From: a virus
Lineage: Duplodnaviria > Caudoviricetes
Virus record (IMG/VR): IMGVR_UViG_3300020577_007133
Location: 40,773 to 104,772 of that record
DNA length: 64,000 nucleotides
Reading direction: 5' to 3' (one strand)
The notes under the pieces are model-generated. The model was given only the letters and a program-made list of their open reading frames with translations, was not told the origin of the DNA and made no database searches. The translations under genes were made by a program, and so were the position numbers. Below are positions 1-10,406 of the stretch, in pieces. Position 1 is the stretch's first letter. The number at the start of each line of letters is the position of its first letter.

Positions 1-1
1 A

Positions 2-271
2 CCGGATTTAGAACACATAAAAAAAGTAGGAGTTTTGAAGAATGACCAAATCACATTGTCAGTAATTCAAAACTCTGACTATTTTACGATGTTAGATTCG
101 ATTGACGGTATTATTGCTTTAGCATACGAAAACGATAGTAGTGATATCGATTTTGCTAAACAAAAACGATTGGTTTTTAAATACGGTGAAACCGAAGAAT
201 CAGTCAAAGATAAATTATATGAACGAGATTTCGTTTTAGAATTTGAAAAAACATTAAAATATGAACACTAA
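2..271 (+). CDS. hypothetical protein, probably 5'-truncated by the window edge
   Basis: The frame of ORF 35..271 is open back to position 2; the TTG start at 35 is probably internal. Confidence 0.6.
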   Translation, partial: PDLEHIKKVGVLKNDQITLSVIQNSDYFTMLDSIDGIIALAYENDSSDIDFAKQKRLVFKYGETEESVKDKLYERDFVLEFEKTLKYEH

Positions 272-1220
272 TAAGAAAAAATTAAAATTAGTTAAAGAAG
301 GTATCAAAGCTTCTACTTTAAATAAAATGTCTGATAAACAAGTCGACATTTTATTTAATCGATTATTGGAATCTAAGAAAGAAACTGACGAGGCTGTGAC
401 TCAAAATGTTCAAAAAACAACGTATAGTAATAGTGAGGCGAAAGGTAAAAGTTTTGCCGGAACGACTACTATTAATACGGATGGGTCTGTAACAGTTACC
501 AAAGAAGGTGAAGTTAAAGAAGATGATGATATTGATTTAGTCCAAGACCCGGACGCAAGTGCTGATGGTATGGGTATGTTTGAGGAAAAAGAAATTGACG
601 AAAAATTTGAATCAAAAAAACAACAAAAATATTTCTTCGCTAAATGTGGTGATGGAAAAACAACAGAACAAAAAAAATGGTGTAAAATGGCGGATGAATT
701 CGCAAAAAAAACTAACTTTGCAAAACTTCCTGAAAAGAAAAAGAAAGAAACCAATGAAGGTTATAAAGATATGGTAGGTGGTGCGTTTAATAAAGTTATG
801 AAAAGTAAACTTAATCAAATGGGTCCGAAACCAACTTTTGGGGAAAGCGAAATTGAAAAACAAATTTTAAGATTAGTGGAAAAACACATTACACCAAAGA
901 TGACGAAAAAAGAACTAGTTAATTTAATTGAAGGTGATACTAAAACCGCACCTGCAAAACCAAAAGAAAAAGAAAGAGTAAAACCAAAACATCCTTTTAA
1001 ACCTGACCCGGATAAGAAAGGGGCTCCAAAGGCTAAAAAAACTGAAATGGATGAGGACACTAAAACTGCACCGGTCAAACCTAAAGTTAAACCCGGTACA
1101 ACTCCAAGACCTAAACACCCATTTCAACCTAATCCGGATAAAAAAGGTGCTCCAAAAGCCCAAAAGAAAGAATTACCAAGTTTTTTAACATTTAACGCAA
1201 TAGGTCTTAATAACAAATAA
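261..1220 (+). CDS. Lys/Pro-rich hypothetical protein, putative internal head protein
   Basis: 319 aa ORF; duplicated DTKTAPxKPK...PKHPFxPxPDKKGAPKA unit; several (L/I/M)xE motifs. Confidence 0.7.
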   Translation: MNTNKKKLKLVKEGIKASTLNKMSDKQVDILFNRLLESKKETDEAVTQNVQKTTYSNSEAKGKSFAGTTTINTDGSVTVTKEGEVKEDDDIDLVQDPDASADGMGMFEEKEIDEKFESKKQQKYFFAKCGDGKTTEQKKWCKMADEFAKKTNFAKLPEKKKKETNEGYKDMVGGAFNKVMKSKLNQMGPKPTFGESEIEKQILRLVEKHITPKMTKKELVNLIEGDTKTAPAKPKEKERVKPKHPFKPDPDKKGAPKAKKTEMDEDTKTAPVKPKVKPGTTPRPKHPFQPNPDKKGAPKAQKKELPSFLTFNAIGLNNK

Positions 1221-1221
1221 T

Positions 1222-2595
1222 ATGAGTGCAAATTTAAAAATGGATAACGTTTTAAAAGTCAAAAGTGACTTAGATAAAAAATTAATCAGTGAAGGATTGA
1301 CCGAAAACGAAACTAAGATGTTAAATGAGATTAATCGTAGATTAAGTGAGGCACCTATTGATTATGAAGGACCTGAAAGAATGGAACCCGGGATTGAGAG
1401 ACAAATAACTCAAAAACGAACACCATATCACGAACATCCGGCATTACCAACTGATGGTGATAGAGATTATATTGAATTAATTTCTTCTCAACGATTTAAA
1501 GATTCTGTTGAGAAAGTTAGACAATTTTTAGGTGATACTAGACCAATCCAAGGTAATAACGCCTTTATGGGATTAATTTCTTCCATTATGGGTAGTTTAG
1601 GACAAATTGTTATGATTCAATCACAACATAAAGAATATCTTGAAAATTTAGCCGTCGATTTAGTTAAAAAAGAATTAGGTATCCCTGAAGGTCAATTACA
1701 ATTTGACGTTGAATTAGTTGGTGGAGGTATGAGTGCCGCAGAAGGAATGCAAACACAACCTCAACAACCGGACGAAGAAGATGTTGAAGAAGCATTTAAG
1801 GAAGGTGAAGAACATCAGGAAGAGATGGAAGACTTTATGGATGCTATGGAAAAATTCAACTTAGAAAAAGCTAAGAGAAGAATGATTAATTCATTAGTTC
1901 AAGGTGCGGCTTTTAAAGGTGGGCATATGTACGTATTAGTGAGTGATGAAATCAATAGATTAAATCCTCAATTATTAAACTTATATGGTGTTACCCAATC
2001 ATTAATGGAACATTTATATTGGTTATATCCTGATATGGAAGGAATGGCTGGTTCAGGTGGTGGTCAATTAGGACAATCAGAATCAGACCCTGAGACTGAC
2101 CCACCAACAATTAAAGCAAAGGCGGTTACTTTCCCATTATTAGTTCACGAAATTGTTAAAGGTATTTATTCTTTATATGGTGACCAAGGATTACCTAACG
2201 ACCCGGTTCAAAGAAATATGGTTGTTAGTGCTGAGGATTCTTTACCATCGGAAATTTGGGATTCAAGGTTAGGTCCTATTTTTTGGGAGAAATTTAGAGA
2301 CGCTTGGCCTGACAAATTATATGAAGACGACCAAAGACATCTTCAACAATATTTATTTATGAGATTGTCTCAATTAGACGCGAGACAATTCCTAAACTTG
2401 GCTAACGCTATTTTAGCCGATAAACCAGAAGCAAAACAGGTAATTGATAGAATGGTTAATGAAATCGTCGATATTCTTAAAAAACACGAATACGAGACAA
2501 AAATGTATGACGATGAAAACGATGATGATTATGGTGATGACGATGATGATTTTGACGATTTAGATGATATCGATTTGTCTTCATTAGGATTCTAA
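1222..2595 (+). CDS. hypothetical protein with acidic C-terminus, upstream of terminase
   Basis: 457 aa ORF tightly packed in the operon. Confidence 0.75.
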   Translation: MSANLKMDNVLKVKSDLDKKLISEGLTENETKMLNEINRRLSEAPIDYEGPERMEPGIERQITQKRTPYHEHPALPTDGDRDYIELISSQRFKDSVEKVRQFLGDTRPIQGNNAFMGLISSIMGSLGQIVMIQSQHKEYLENLAVDLVKKELGIPEGQLQFDVELVGGGMSAAEGMQTQPQQPDEEDVEEAFKEGEEHQEEMEDFMDAMEKFNLEKAKRRMINSLVQGAAFKGGHMYVLVSDEINRLNPQLLNLYGVTQSLMEHLYWLYPDMEGMAGSGGGQLGQSESDPETDPPTIKAKAVTFPLLVHEIVKGIYSLYGDQGLPNDPVQRNMVVSAEDSLPSEIWDSRLGPIFWEKFRDAWPDKLYEDDQRHLQQYLFMRLSQLDARQFLNLANAILADKPEAKQVIDRMVNEIVDILKKHEYETKMYDDENDDDYGDDDDDFDDLDDIDLSSLGF

Positions 2596-2617
2596 AAAAA
2601 TTACCGACAACGTATGT

Positions 2618-4387
2618 ATGTCGAATTTAACTAAAGAACAAGTATTAATTGAATACGTAAAATGTAATAGAGATACTGAATACGCATTAAGAACTTACTT
2701 AGAAACGTATGATAACACGGTAAAAAAATATGTTCCATTAGAACTTTTTCCGGACCAAATTACTCTATTAGATGATTATGAAAACTACAATGAAAACATA
2801 GCATTAAAATACAGACAAGCCGGGGTATCAACAGTTACCGCGGCTTGGATGTCTAAAAGACTGGTTTTCGCAAGAAAAGAAACTCCTGAAAAAATATTAA
2901 TTATTGCGAATAAGTTGGATACCTCATTAGAGATGGCCAATAAAATTCGTTCATTTGTTGGTCAATGGCCATCTTGGACCGGTGTAGGTTTTGATAAAGC
3001 CAAAAATTCCCAAAAACATTATAAATTAACAAATGGTTGTGAGGTTAAAGCCGTTGCGACATCTAAGGATGCGTTACGTGGTTTTACACCTACAATACTT
3101 GTATTTGATGAGGCCGCGTTTATCGAAGCAGACAGTGACTTTTGGTCTGCGTGTATGGCATCCCTATCTACAGGGGGTAAAGTAATTGTTGTTTCTACAC
3201 CGAATGGTTATGACGCAATTTACTATGAGATATATGACCAAGCGTTACGTAATATGAATGATTTCAAAATTACGGAAATGTTTTGGTATAGAGACCCAAG
3301 ATATACTAAAGATTTATTTTTTGTTAAAACAGATAATATTATTCATTATTTATTAAATAAAGAAGAGTATGACCCTAATACGTTTATTGATTGGGGTGTT
3401 AAATCTTATGACTCGAGGAATTTTGATGAGGTCAAAATATTAATGGCTGACGGTTACAAACCTTGTTCTTCTTGGTTTGAGGCGATGGTTAAGAAATTAA
3501 AATACGATAAACGTAAAGTATCTCAGGAGTTAGAATGTAACTTCTTAGGTTCCGGGGATAACGTATTTGATTCATTAATGATGCAAGATATTCGTGAGAA
3601 TATGATTTTGGAACCAATACAAAAACTTATGGGTAATGCTCTTTGGATTTGGAAGGAACCGGTTGTTGGTCATAAATATATAATGGGTGTCGATGTTTCC
3701 CGCGGGGATTCTGAAGATTTTAGTTCGTTCCAAATTATAGATTTTGACGAAAGAGAACAAGTTGCGGAATACGTTGGTAAATTACCTCCTGATACTATGG
3801 CGGAAATTTGTTTTAAATGGGCTAAAATATATTCGGCATATGTTGTTATTGATATTACCGGAGGTATGGGTGTTGCAACATCAAGAAAATTACAAGAAAT
3901 GAATTATAAGGATTTATATGTTGACGGTGTTGAATTAGGTAATCAATGGAAATATGACCCTAAGGCAGCAGAAAAAATCCCGGGAATTAACTTTAATAAT
4001 AAACGTGTTCAAATCATCGCCTCGTTTGAGGAAGCGATGAGACACAAATTTAGAATTTATAGTTCTCGTTTATATAACGAGATGAATACATTTGTTTATA
4101 TTAATGGTCGTCCTGACCACCAAAAAGGTCATCACGATGATATGATTATGTCTATTTCGATGGCAACATACGTGGGGGAATCATCCTTTGCTAAACTAAC
4201 TAAAGTTACAGAACAAACTAAGGCTATGTTAGAGTCTTGGTCTGTTAGTAATAATGAAACGGTTAAAGAGCATATTCATTTTGACCCAGTAATTCCACAT
4301 TATCAAGATAGAATTAACCAATTTAACGGACAACAACTTAGTCGAGAAGATTATCAAAGATATGGTTGGTTATTTGGTATGAGATAA
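2618..4387 (+). CDS. terL: terminase large subunit (T4 gp17-like)
   Basis: Walker A KYRQAGVST, Walker B ILVFDEAAF, coupling motif STPNG, nuclease motifs GVDVSRG and HDD. Confidence 0.95.
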   Translation: MSNLTKEQVLIEYVKCNRDTEYALRTYLETYDNTVKKYVPLELFPDQITLLDDYENYNENIALKYRQAGVSTVTAAWMSKRLVFARKETPEKILIIANKLDTSLEMANKIRSFVGQWPSWTGVGFDKAKNSQKHYKLTNGCEVKAVATSKDALRGFTPTILVFDEAAFIEADSDFWSACMASLSTGGKVIVVSTPNGYDAIYYEIYDQALRNMNDFKITEMFWYRDPRYTKDLFFVKTDNIIHYLLNKEEYDPNTFIDWGVKSYDSRNFDEVKILMADGYKPCSSWFEAMVKKLKYDKRKVSQELECNFLGSGDNVFDSLMMQDIRENMILEPIQKLMGNALWIWKEPVVGHKYIMGVDVSRGDSEDFSSFQIIDFDEREQVAEYVGKLPPDTMAEICFKWAKIYSAYVVIDITGGMGVATSRKLQEMNYKDLYVDGVELGNQWKYDPKAAEKIPGINFNNKRVQIIASFEEAMRHKFRIYSSRLYNEMNTFVYINGRPDHQKGHHDDMIMSISMATYVGESSFAKLTKVTEQTKAMLESWSVSNNETVKEHIHFDPVIPHYQDRINQFNGQQLSREDYQRYGWLFGMR

Positions 4388-4407
4388 TATTTATCTAAAA
4401 AGAATAA

Positions 4408-6189
4408 ATGGGATTTAGTGATAGAAAACGAAGTATTGATGTTTCCGTTAACATTAACTTAGATTTAAACCAAGAAATAAAACCTAATCAATTTTTAGTT
4501 GATAACAACATTAAAAGTGGGGATTTTGTTACTCGAAAAAAATCAGGTAATATTTTAGCGGGGTCTAAACTTAATGTTGAAGGTCAAGGAATTTATAATG
4601 TTAAAGTAATAAAAGGTCTTACTAAGGTATTACCTAAACCAATTGAGGTAAATGGGGGGATTCCTCCAACACCAACATTAACTCCAACACCATCTGTAAC
4701 CCCAACATTAACACCAACACCAACAATAACTCCTACTTCAAGTTGTAATTGTACTTATCTTGATGTTACTATTACAGAAAGTGATTTAATATTATCGGTG
4801 GGTAATACTGACTTATCACTAAATAATGCGGTTTTTGTTAAATACCGAAACTGTGGTACAAATACAGTTATAACTAAAAAATACACTTCGGAAGGGACAT
4901 TCCTTAATGATATTTGTGCGGTTTCAAGTACTACACCTGGAACTTCTTATTATGCAAATAATTCTCAAGAATTTGGTAGCAGTACCGCGAATAATAATGG
5001 TATATGTTGTGTACCTCCAACACCTACACCAACCCCAACACCTTCAATAACACCAACAAATACAATAACTCCGACAACAACCCCAACCACAACTCCAACT
5101 CCAACACCAACTCCAATATTCCAATTTACTAGTCAAAACTTATCGGGTATTGGTGGTCCTAATTATTTTTATTTAACAGACCAAGTAGACAATACTACTT
5201 CGTCCTACTTATATGGATTCTTTACCGGTTACACTTATAATAACACATCTGTGAATTACATAATTAAATTAAATCAAGATTTAACTGTTGATTATAGTTT
5301 TACAGGTGGTACTCAATTTAATATTAGTCCTTGGCCGTTCTTATATAATTCATTGACACAACAACCTGATGGAAAATTAATTGCAACAGGTACTTTTACT
5401 CAGTATAGTGGCGTATCCAGAAATAGAATTATTAGATTAAATACTGATGGGTCAATTGATAATACATTTAATATTGGTACAGGATTTAATAGTATTACAG
5501 AAGGAACGGCAATAGATTCGTTAGGTCGAATAGTTGTTGTTGGTTTCTTTAGTTCGTATAGTGGAACTTCAAGTTCAAGAATTGCAAGATTAAATAGTAA
5601 TGGTTCTTATGATTCAACATTTGTAGTTGGTACAGGATTAGATAATACCGGAGTTGAAGTTTTAATGAATTCAGATGATTCTATGTTTATATCAGGATAC
5701 TTTAGTTCTTATAATGGAACGTCAACTCCGAACCATATCACAAAATTATTATCTAATGGTACTATTGACACATCTTTTAGTGGTGGAACAGGTTTTAATA
5801 CAATTATTTATCAACCAAATGGATTAATGAGAATATCCGGGGAAACGTCGTTCTACGCCTTTGGATTCTTTACAACATATAGTGGAGTGTCGGCAAATAG
5901 AATTATTAAATTAAATATAAATGGTACTATTGACAACACATTTAATAGTGGTACCGGATTTGATAATGTAGTTTCTTTTGGTAGTGTTATATGGGTAAAT
6001 AAATTATTATTTAATGGTGCGTTCACTTCATATAACGGGGTATCTTCTAATGGTACTATTATTCTTAATTCTGATGGAACAATATACCAAACATTTACAA
6101 CTTCATATACGTCAGTATTTACAATTGGTAGTAAATTATATGGACAACCATTAAATCAACCAATTGAATTACTAACAACATACCCTTAA
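4408..6189 (+). CDS. Pro/Thr-linker protein with a Cys domain and a C-terminal delta-60-type repeat (beta-propeller) region; putative virion decoration protein
   Basis: Two (TP)n tracts; repeats QPDGKLIATGxF...NRIIRLNxDGSIDxTF. Confidence 0.75.
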   Translation: MGFSDRKRSIDVSVNINLDLNQEIKPNQFLVDNNIKSGDFVTRKKSGNILAGSKLNVEGQGIYNVKVIKGLTKVLPKPIEVNGGIPPTPTLTPTPSVTPTLTPTPTITPTSSCNCTYLDVTITESDLILSVGNTDLSLNNAVFVKYRNCGTNTVITKKYTSEGTFLNDICAVSSTTPGTSYYANNSQEFGSSTANNNGICCVPPTPTPTPTPSITPTNTITPTTTPTTTPTPTPTPIFQFTSQNLSGIGGPNYFYLTDQVDNTTSSYLYGFFTGYTYNNTSVNYIIKLNQDLTVDYSFTGGTQFNISPWPFLYNSLTQQPDGKLIATGTFTQYSGVSRNRIIRLNTDGSIDNTFNIGTGFNSITEGTAIDSLGRIVVVGFFSSYSGTSSSRIARLNSNGSYDSTFVVGTGLDNTGVEVLMNSDDSMFISGYFSSYNGTSTPNHITKLLSNGTIDTSFSGGTGFNTIIYQPNGLMRISGETSFYAFGFFTTYSGVSANRIIKLNINGTIDNTFNSGTGFDNVVSFGSVIWVNKLLFNGAFTSYNGVSSNGTIILNSDGTIYQTFTTSYTSVFTIGSKLYGQPLNQPIELLTTYP

Positions 6190-6238
6190 CATATTATACA
6201 ACTATTTATATAGGAAAAAAAATATTTAAATTTAAATT

Positions 6239-8155
6239 ATGGAAAATAATCAAAATACAGATTTAACAGTTTGGCAGAGGTTATCTAGAGCCTTTGGTCC
6301 AAATTCGTTATTAAATCAAGATTACCCAACATATTCATTAGATAAAAAGGAGTTATTAAAAACAACTTCTAAAGCCGAATATGAAAGGGAAAAATTACAA
6401 GCACAACAAACTTATTACTTAGCCAACCAATGGACTAAAATTGAGAGTAATCTGTATACTCAAGCGGTTTATTATGAGCCAACACGTTTAGCGTCATTTT
6501 ATGATTATGAATCTATGGAGTATACTCCGGAAATTTCCGCAGCTTTAGACATTTATGGTGAAGAATCTACCACAGTAGATGAAACCGGTCATATGTTACG
6601 TATTTATTCCGAGTCAAAAAGGGTTAAATCAATCTTGGATGATTTGTTTAATAATGTTTTAGATATTAATACAAATTTAACTATGTGGACAAGAAATACT
6701 TGTAAATATGGTGATAATTTTGTATATCTTAAATTAGATTCTGATAAAGGTGTTATTGGATGTATGCAATTACCTAACATAGAAATCGAACGTTTGGAAC
6801 GAGGTATGGCTGCGAAATCAGCAAATATTGAGGAACCTATTGAAAACAAAGGTCTCCGTTTCAAATGGAAGGCTAAAGATATGGAATTTAACTCTTGGGA
6901 AATCGCCCACTTTAGATTATTAGGTGATGATAGAAAACTCCCTTATGGTACTTCTATGTTGGAAAAAGCGAGACGTATTTGGAAGCAATTATTATTATCT
7001 GAGGATGCAATGTTAATTTATAGAACATCAAGGGCACCGGAGAGACGTGTATTCAAGGTATTCGTTGGTAATATGGATGATAAGGATGTTGAAGCTTACG
7101 TACAACGTGTGGCTAACAAATTTAAACGAGACCAAGTTGTAGATGCTAAGACAGGTAATGTTGATATGAGATTTAATCAGATGGCTGTTGACCAAGATTA
7201 TTTTATCCCGGTACGTGACCCGGCACAAACAATGCCGATTGAAACTTTACAAGGAGCTCAAAACTTATCAGAAATTGCTGATATCGAATATATCCAAAAG
7301 AAATTACTTACAGCACTCCGTGTTCCAAAATCATTCTTAGGGTTTGAAGAAACTGTTGGTGATGGTAAAAATTTATCTTTACAGGATATTCGTTTTGCAA
7401 GAACGATTAATAAAATACAAAAATCTATGGTTGCCGAATTAAATAAAATCGCAATTATACATTTATTTTTATTAGGTTTTGAAGATGAGTTATCAAACTT
7501 TACTTTAACATTAATCAACCCATCAACACAAGCGGATTTATTGAAAGTTGAGGTATGGAAAGAAAAAATTAATTTGTATCAACAAGCGGTTGCTGCAATT
7601 GATGGTATTGCACCTGTGTCAGTTTCTTGGGCTAAGAAAAATATTTTAGGTTTCTCCGACGAAGAAATTAAACTAGATTTACAACAACAACGTATTGAAA
7701 AAGCGGTTGGTGCTGAATTAACAAACACTGCGACAATTATTACTCATACCGGTATTTTTGATAATATCGATAAATTATATGGTAACCCATCAGGGTCAAC
7801 AAGTGGAGGTGGTGTAGAACCATCATCACCGGCACCACCGGGAGGTGGAGGAGGTTTTGGAGGTGGAGACTTCGGAGGAGGTCCTGAACCTGATTTAGGT
7901 GGTGAATTAGGTGGTACACCTGAAACACCAGGAGGTACACCTGAAACACCGGAAGGTGCTCCTGAAACACCGGGGGCAGAAACACCACCGGAAGGAGAAG
8001 AAGAATTAACTCCGGAATCATTTAATAGAGATAACCTTAAAATCTTATTAGAAAATGATAGTCTGATTGAAGAATCCTCTTATATTGATTTATCCAAGGG
8101 TAAAAATTCTTTAGGTGAAATTGAGTCTCAATTAGGAAAACTTCTAAAAGATTGA
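6239..8155 (+). CDS. portal protein (T4 gp20-like)
   Basis: Motifs YGTSMLEKARRIWKQLLLSEDAMLIYRTSRAPERRVF, DYFIPVR and DIEYIQKKLLTALRVP; G/P/E-rich C-terminal tail. Confidence 0.95.
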   Translation: MENNQNTDLTVWQRLSRAFGPNSLLNQDYPTYSLDKKELLKTTSKAEYEREKLQAQQTYYLANQWTKIESNLYTQAVYYEPTRLASFYDYESMEYTPEISAALDIYGEESTTVDETGHMLRIYSESKRVKSILDDLFNNVLDINTNLTMWTRNTCKYGDNFVYLKLDSDKGVIGCMQLPNIEIERLERGMAAKSANIEEPIENKGLRFKWKAKDMEFNSWEIAHFRLLGDDRKLPYGTSMLEKARRIWKQLLLSEDAMLIYRTSRAPERRVFKVFVGNMDDKDVEAYVQRVANKFKRDQVVDAKTGNVDMRFNQMAVDQDYFIPVRDPAQTMPIETLQGAQNLSEIADIEYIQKKLLTALRVPKSFLGFEETVGDGKNLSLQDIRFARTINKIQKSMVAELNKIAIIHLFLLGFEDELSNFTLTLINPSTQADLLKVEVWKEKINLYQQAVAAIDGIAPVSVSWAKKNILGFSDEEIKLDLQQQRIEKAVGAELTNTATIITHTGIFDNIDKLYGNPSGSTSGGGVEPSSPAPPGGGGGFGGGDFGGGPEPDLGGELGGTPETPGGTPETPEGAPETPGAETPPEGEEELTPESFNRDNLKILLENDSLIEESSYIDLSKGKNSLGEIESQLGKLLKD

Positions 8156-8176
8156 TATTTATAATAAAAACATATT

Positions 8177-8893
8177 ATGAAATTCGGAATATTAAAATCA
8201 AAAATAGAGAACGTATTATTAGAATCATACGCCAACGATACATTTAAAGATGAAATTAAAAATTTCAAAAAATTAGTTTTGGAGAATAAAAATGTAAGTA
8301 AATTATTTTACTTGTATGATGAATTAAATTCCCCAAAATCATTAAGTGAGTCGTATGCAAGAGAATACATCAATGAATGTATTAAGATGTATGAGAACAC
8401 AATTAATAAAGTAAAACCTTCAGATTTAGATAAAATTAAATCTTGGGTTGGTAATAAACAGGTAGAAAATCTTTATGAAAATATTGATACATTATTTTCT
8501 ACGGATGTATTAACGATTGAATCAAAAATTAAAAGTCGTAATATTATTGTTGAGTCATTAAAAAAATTACCGGTTAAAGAAACTACGGGTATTGAATTAC
8601 CATTAAGTACTATGGTAAGTGTTGCTAATAAAACTATTAAATCTTATATCGAAACTCTTAATGAGTCAGAAAGAGAAGAGTTAAAAAAATTATTAAGTGA
8701 AGATGATTCAAAATTAAGTTCAGAATTTGAGGTTATCAAAGAAGACGTGGTTTCAAAATTAACAGAAATGAAAAATGCTAGCACTGATACCACAATGCAA
8801 AATAGAATAGATGAAACTTTAACTAAAGTATTATCTGAAAAATATGACAAATTAACTTATTTCAAACTTAAAGGACTAAAAGAAAATCTTTAA
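8177..8893 (+). CDS. hypothetical head-module protein
   Basis: 238 aa helical ORF after the portal, preceded by the GATATTTATA motif. Confidence 0.75.
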   Translation: MKFGILKSKIENVLLESYANDTFKDEIKNFKKLVLENKNVSKLFYLYDELNSPKSLSESYAREYINECIKMYENTINKVKPSDLDKIKSWVGNKQVENLYENIDTLFSTDVLTIESKIKSRNIIVESLKKLPVKETTGIELPLSTMVSVANKTIKSYIETLNESEREELKKLLSEDDSKLSSEFEVIKEDVVSKLTEMKNASTDTTMQNRIDETLTKVLSEKYDKLTYFKLKGLKENL

Positions 8894-9084
8894 TTATTGT
8901 TTGATTTAAATTTTTTCTGAACATATTTAGCTTTATTAAGACCGTCACGTTTAATTACTGACGGTTTTTTAAATTCTTTTCTTTTTGCTAATTCAGAACT
9001 CTGTCTTGTTTTGATTACTTTACTTTTGTAAATTTTCAAAGCTTTCTCAATTGTTATATTATTTTCTAATTTAACTATAATCAT
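8890..9084 (-). CDS. rpsU: ribosomal protein bS21 (phage-encoded)
   Basis: 64 aa basic protein matching the S21 pattern: IIVK..NITIEKALKIYKSKVIKT....ELAKRKEFKKPSVIKR....KAKY. Confidence 0.85.
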   Translation of the reverse strand: MIIVKLENNITIEKALKIYKSKVIKTRQSSELAKRKEFKKPSVIKRDGLNKAKYVQKKFKSNNN

Positions 9085-9115
9085 ATACTACATATATCAC
9101 AAAATTCGGTAAAAT

Positions 9116-9144
9116 TTGACTCCGGGGGTAAAAATACTTATTTT
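9116..9144 (+). promoter_or_regulatory. putative sigma70-like promoter
   Basis: TTGACT-N17-TATTTT upstream of ORF 9182. Confidence 0.4.
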
Positions 9145-9181
9145 TTTATTATAATCAATAAACATTATAATATGAAAAAGA

Positions 9182-9640
9182 ATGAAGAAGGGGAAAACCT
9201 CTCAACTAAAGGGTTTTAAAACCGCAAAAGTGTTATACGGAACAGTAGATTCGGTAACATTAAAATCACTTTACTTAAATATTCAAACTTGGGTGGAGCC
9301 AATAATTGAGTGTGAAAATTGGAACAGAATTGTTCTTAATATGAGTAGAAATGTAAAACACTCAGTCTATAAGACGATAAACAAAAAAATCTTCGACGAA
9401 AAATTTATAGTTGATTTAGACCTACGGTCAAGTGGTTTAAACGTTGATAAAAAATCATTTATGAATCTTGAAATTAATTTTTATCTAATCGATAATACTA
9501 TAGATTTTAAATCCCTAACAATTAAAGAAACGTTAAATGATATTACAAATCAAATTTTTATGGATAACTTTTTGAACAATGAAATATTCAAATTTTATCT
9601 AACAAAAAAAGATAAATTGTTACAAAGTGATAATGTTTAA
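9182..9640 (+). CDS. hypothetical protein
   Basis: 152 aa ORF divergent from bS21. Confidence 0.7.
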   Translation: MKKGKTSQLKGFKTAKVLYGTVDSVTLKSLYLNIQTWVEPIIECENWNRIVLNMSRNVKHSVYKTINKKIFDEKFIVDLDLRSSGLNVDKKSFMNLEINFYLIDNTIDFKSLTIKETLNDITNQIFMDNFLNNEIFKFYLTKKDKLLQSDNV

Positions 9641-9663
9641 TATTTATTATTAAAACATTGAAT

Positions 9664-10389
9664 ATGAATTTAAAAATATTACAACCAAATGAATCAGGAA
9701 GAGGTATTCTTATCGAATATGATGCGGGTTATATTTCACCAACAGAAACAAGAAATATTGAAATAATCCGTGAATCTAGAGAAATGTTAGACCATTCAAA
9801 ACCATTTGAGTTTTATGCTGTATTACAAAAATATAATACACCAAATAGAAATGGTCGTGTTTATCCTGAAAAAATATTAAAAAGAGAAGCAGAAAATTAT
9901 AAAAAGATGATTAATAAGGGAATTGCTCTTTCAGAGTTAAATCACCCTGAATCATCTTTAATTGACTTGGATAGAGTTTCTCACGCTATCACAGATGTTT
10001 GGTGGGAGGGTAATGTGTTAATGGGTAAAATTAAATTACTTACCTCTCCGGGATTTCACGAAAGTGGGATTTGTTCTACTAAAGGTGATTTGGCCGCGAA
10101 CTATCTAAGACAAGGTGTAACTTTAGGTATATCATCAAGAGGTGTTGGGTCATTAAAAAAAGTAGGAGAACAAAACGAAGTTCAGGATGATTTTGAACTA
10201 ATTTGTTTTGACTTAGTATCTTCACCTTCAACTCCGGGGGCTTATTTATTTTTAAATAAAGAAGACAAACATCTTTATGATGAAAATCTTGAAGAAGAGA
10301 AAAAAATGAGTGTTGAAAGACACGTTGGGGATTCTGGTAATAAATCTCTTGACTTAATGAAAAAATTAAACGATTATTTAGGGTATTAA
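9664..10389 (+). CDS. prohead core protease (T4 gp21-like)
   Basis: Motifs NRNGRVYP, ELNHP, GISSRGVGS and FDLVSSPSTPGA; ATG at 9664 preferred to TTG at 9658. Confidence 0.93.
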   Translation: MNLKILQPNESGRGILIEYDAGYISPTETRNIEIIRESREMLDHSKPFEFYAVLQKYNTPNRNGRVYPEKILKREAENYKKMINKGIALSELNHPESSLIDLDRVSHAITDVWWEGNVLMGKIKLLTSPGFHESGICSTKGDLAANYLRQGVTLGISSRGVGSLKKVGEQNEVQDDFELICFDLVSSPSTPGAYLFLNKEDKHLYDENLEEEKKMSVERHVGDSGNKSLDLMKKLNDYLGY

Positions 10390-10406
10390 ACTAAATAGAA
10401 AAAAAT

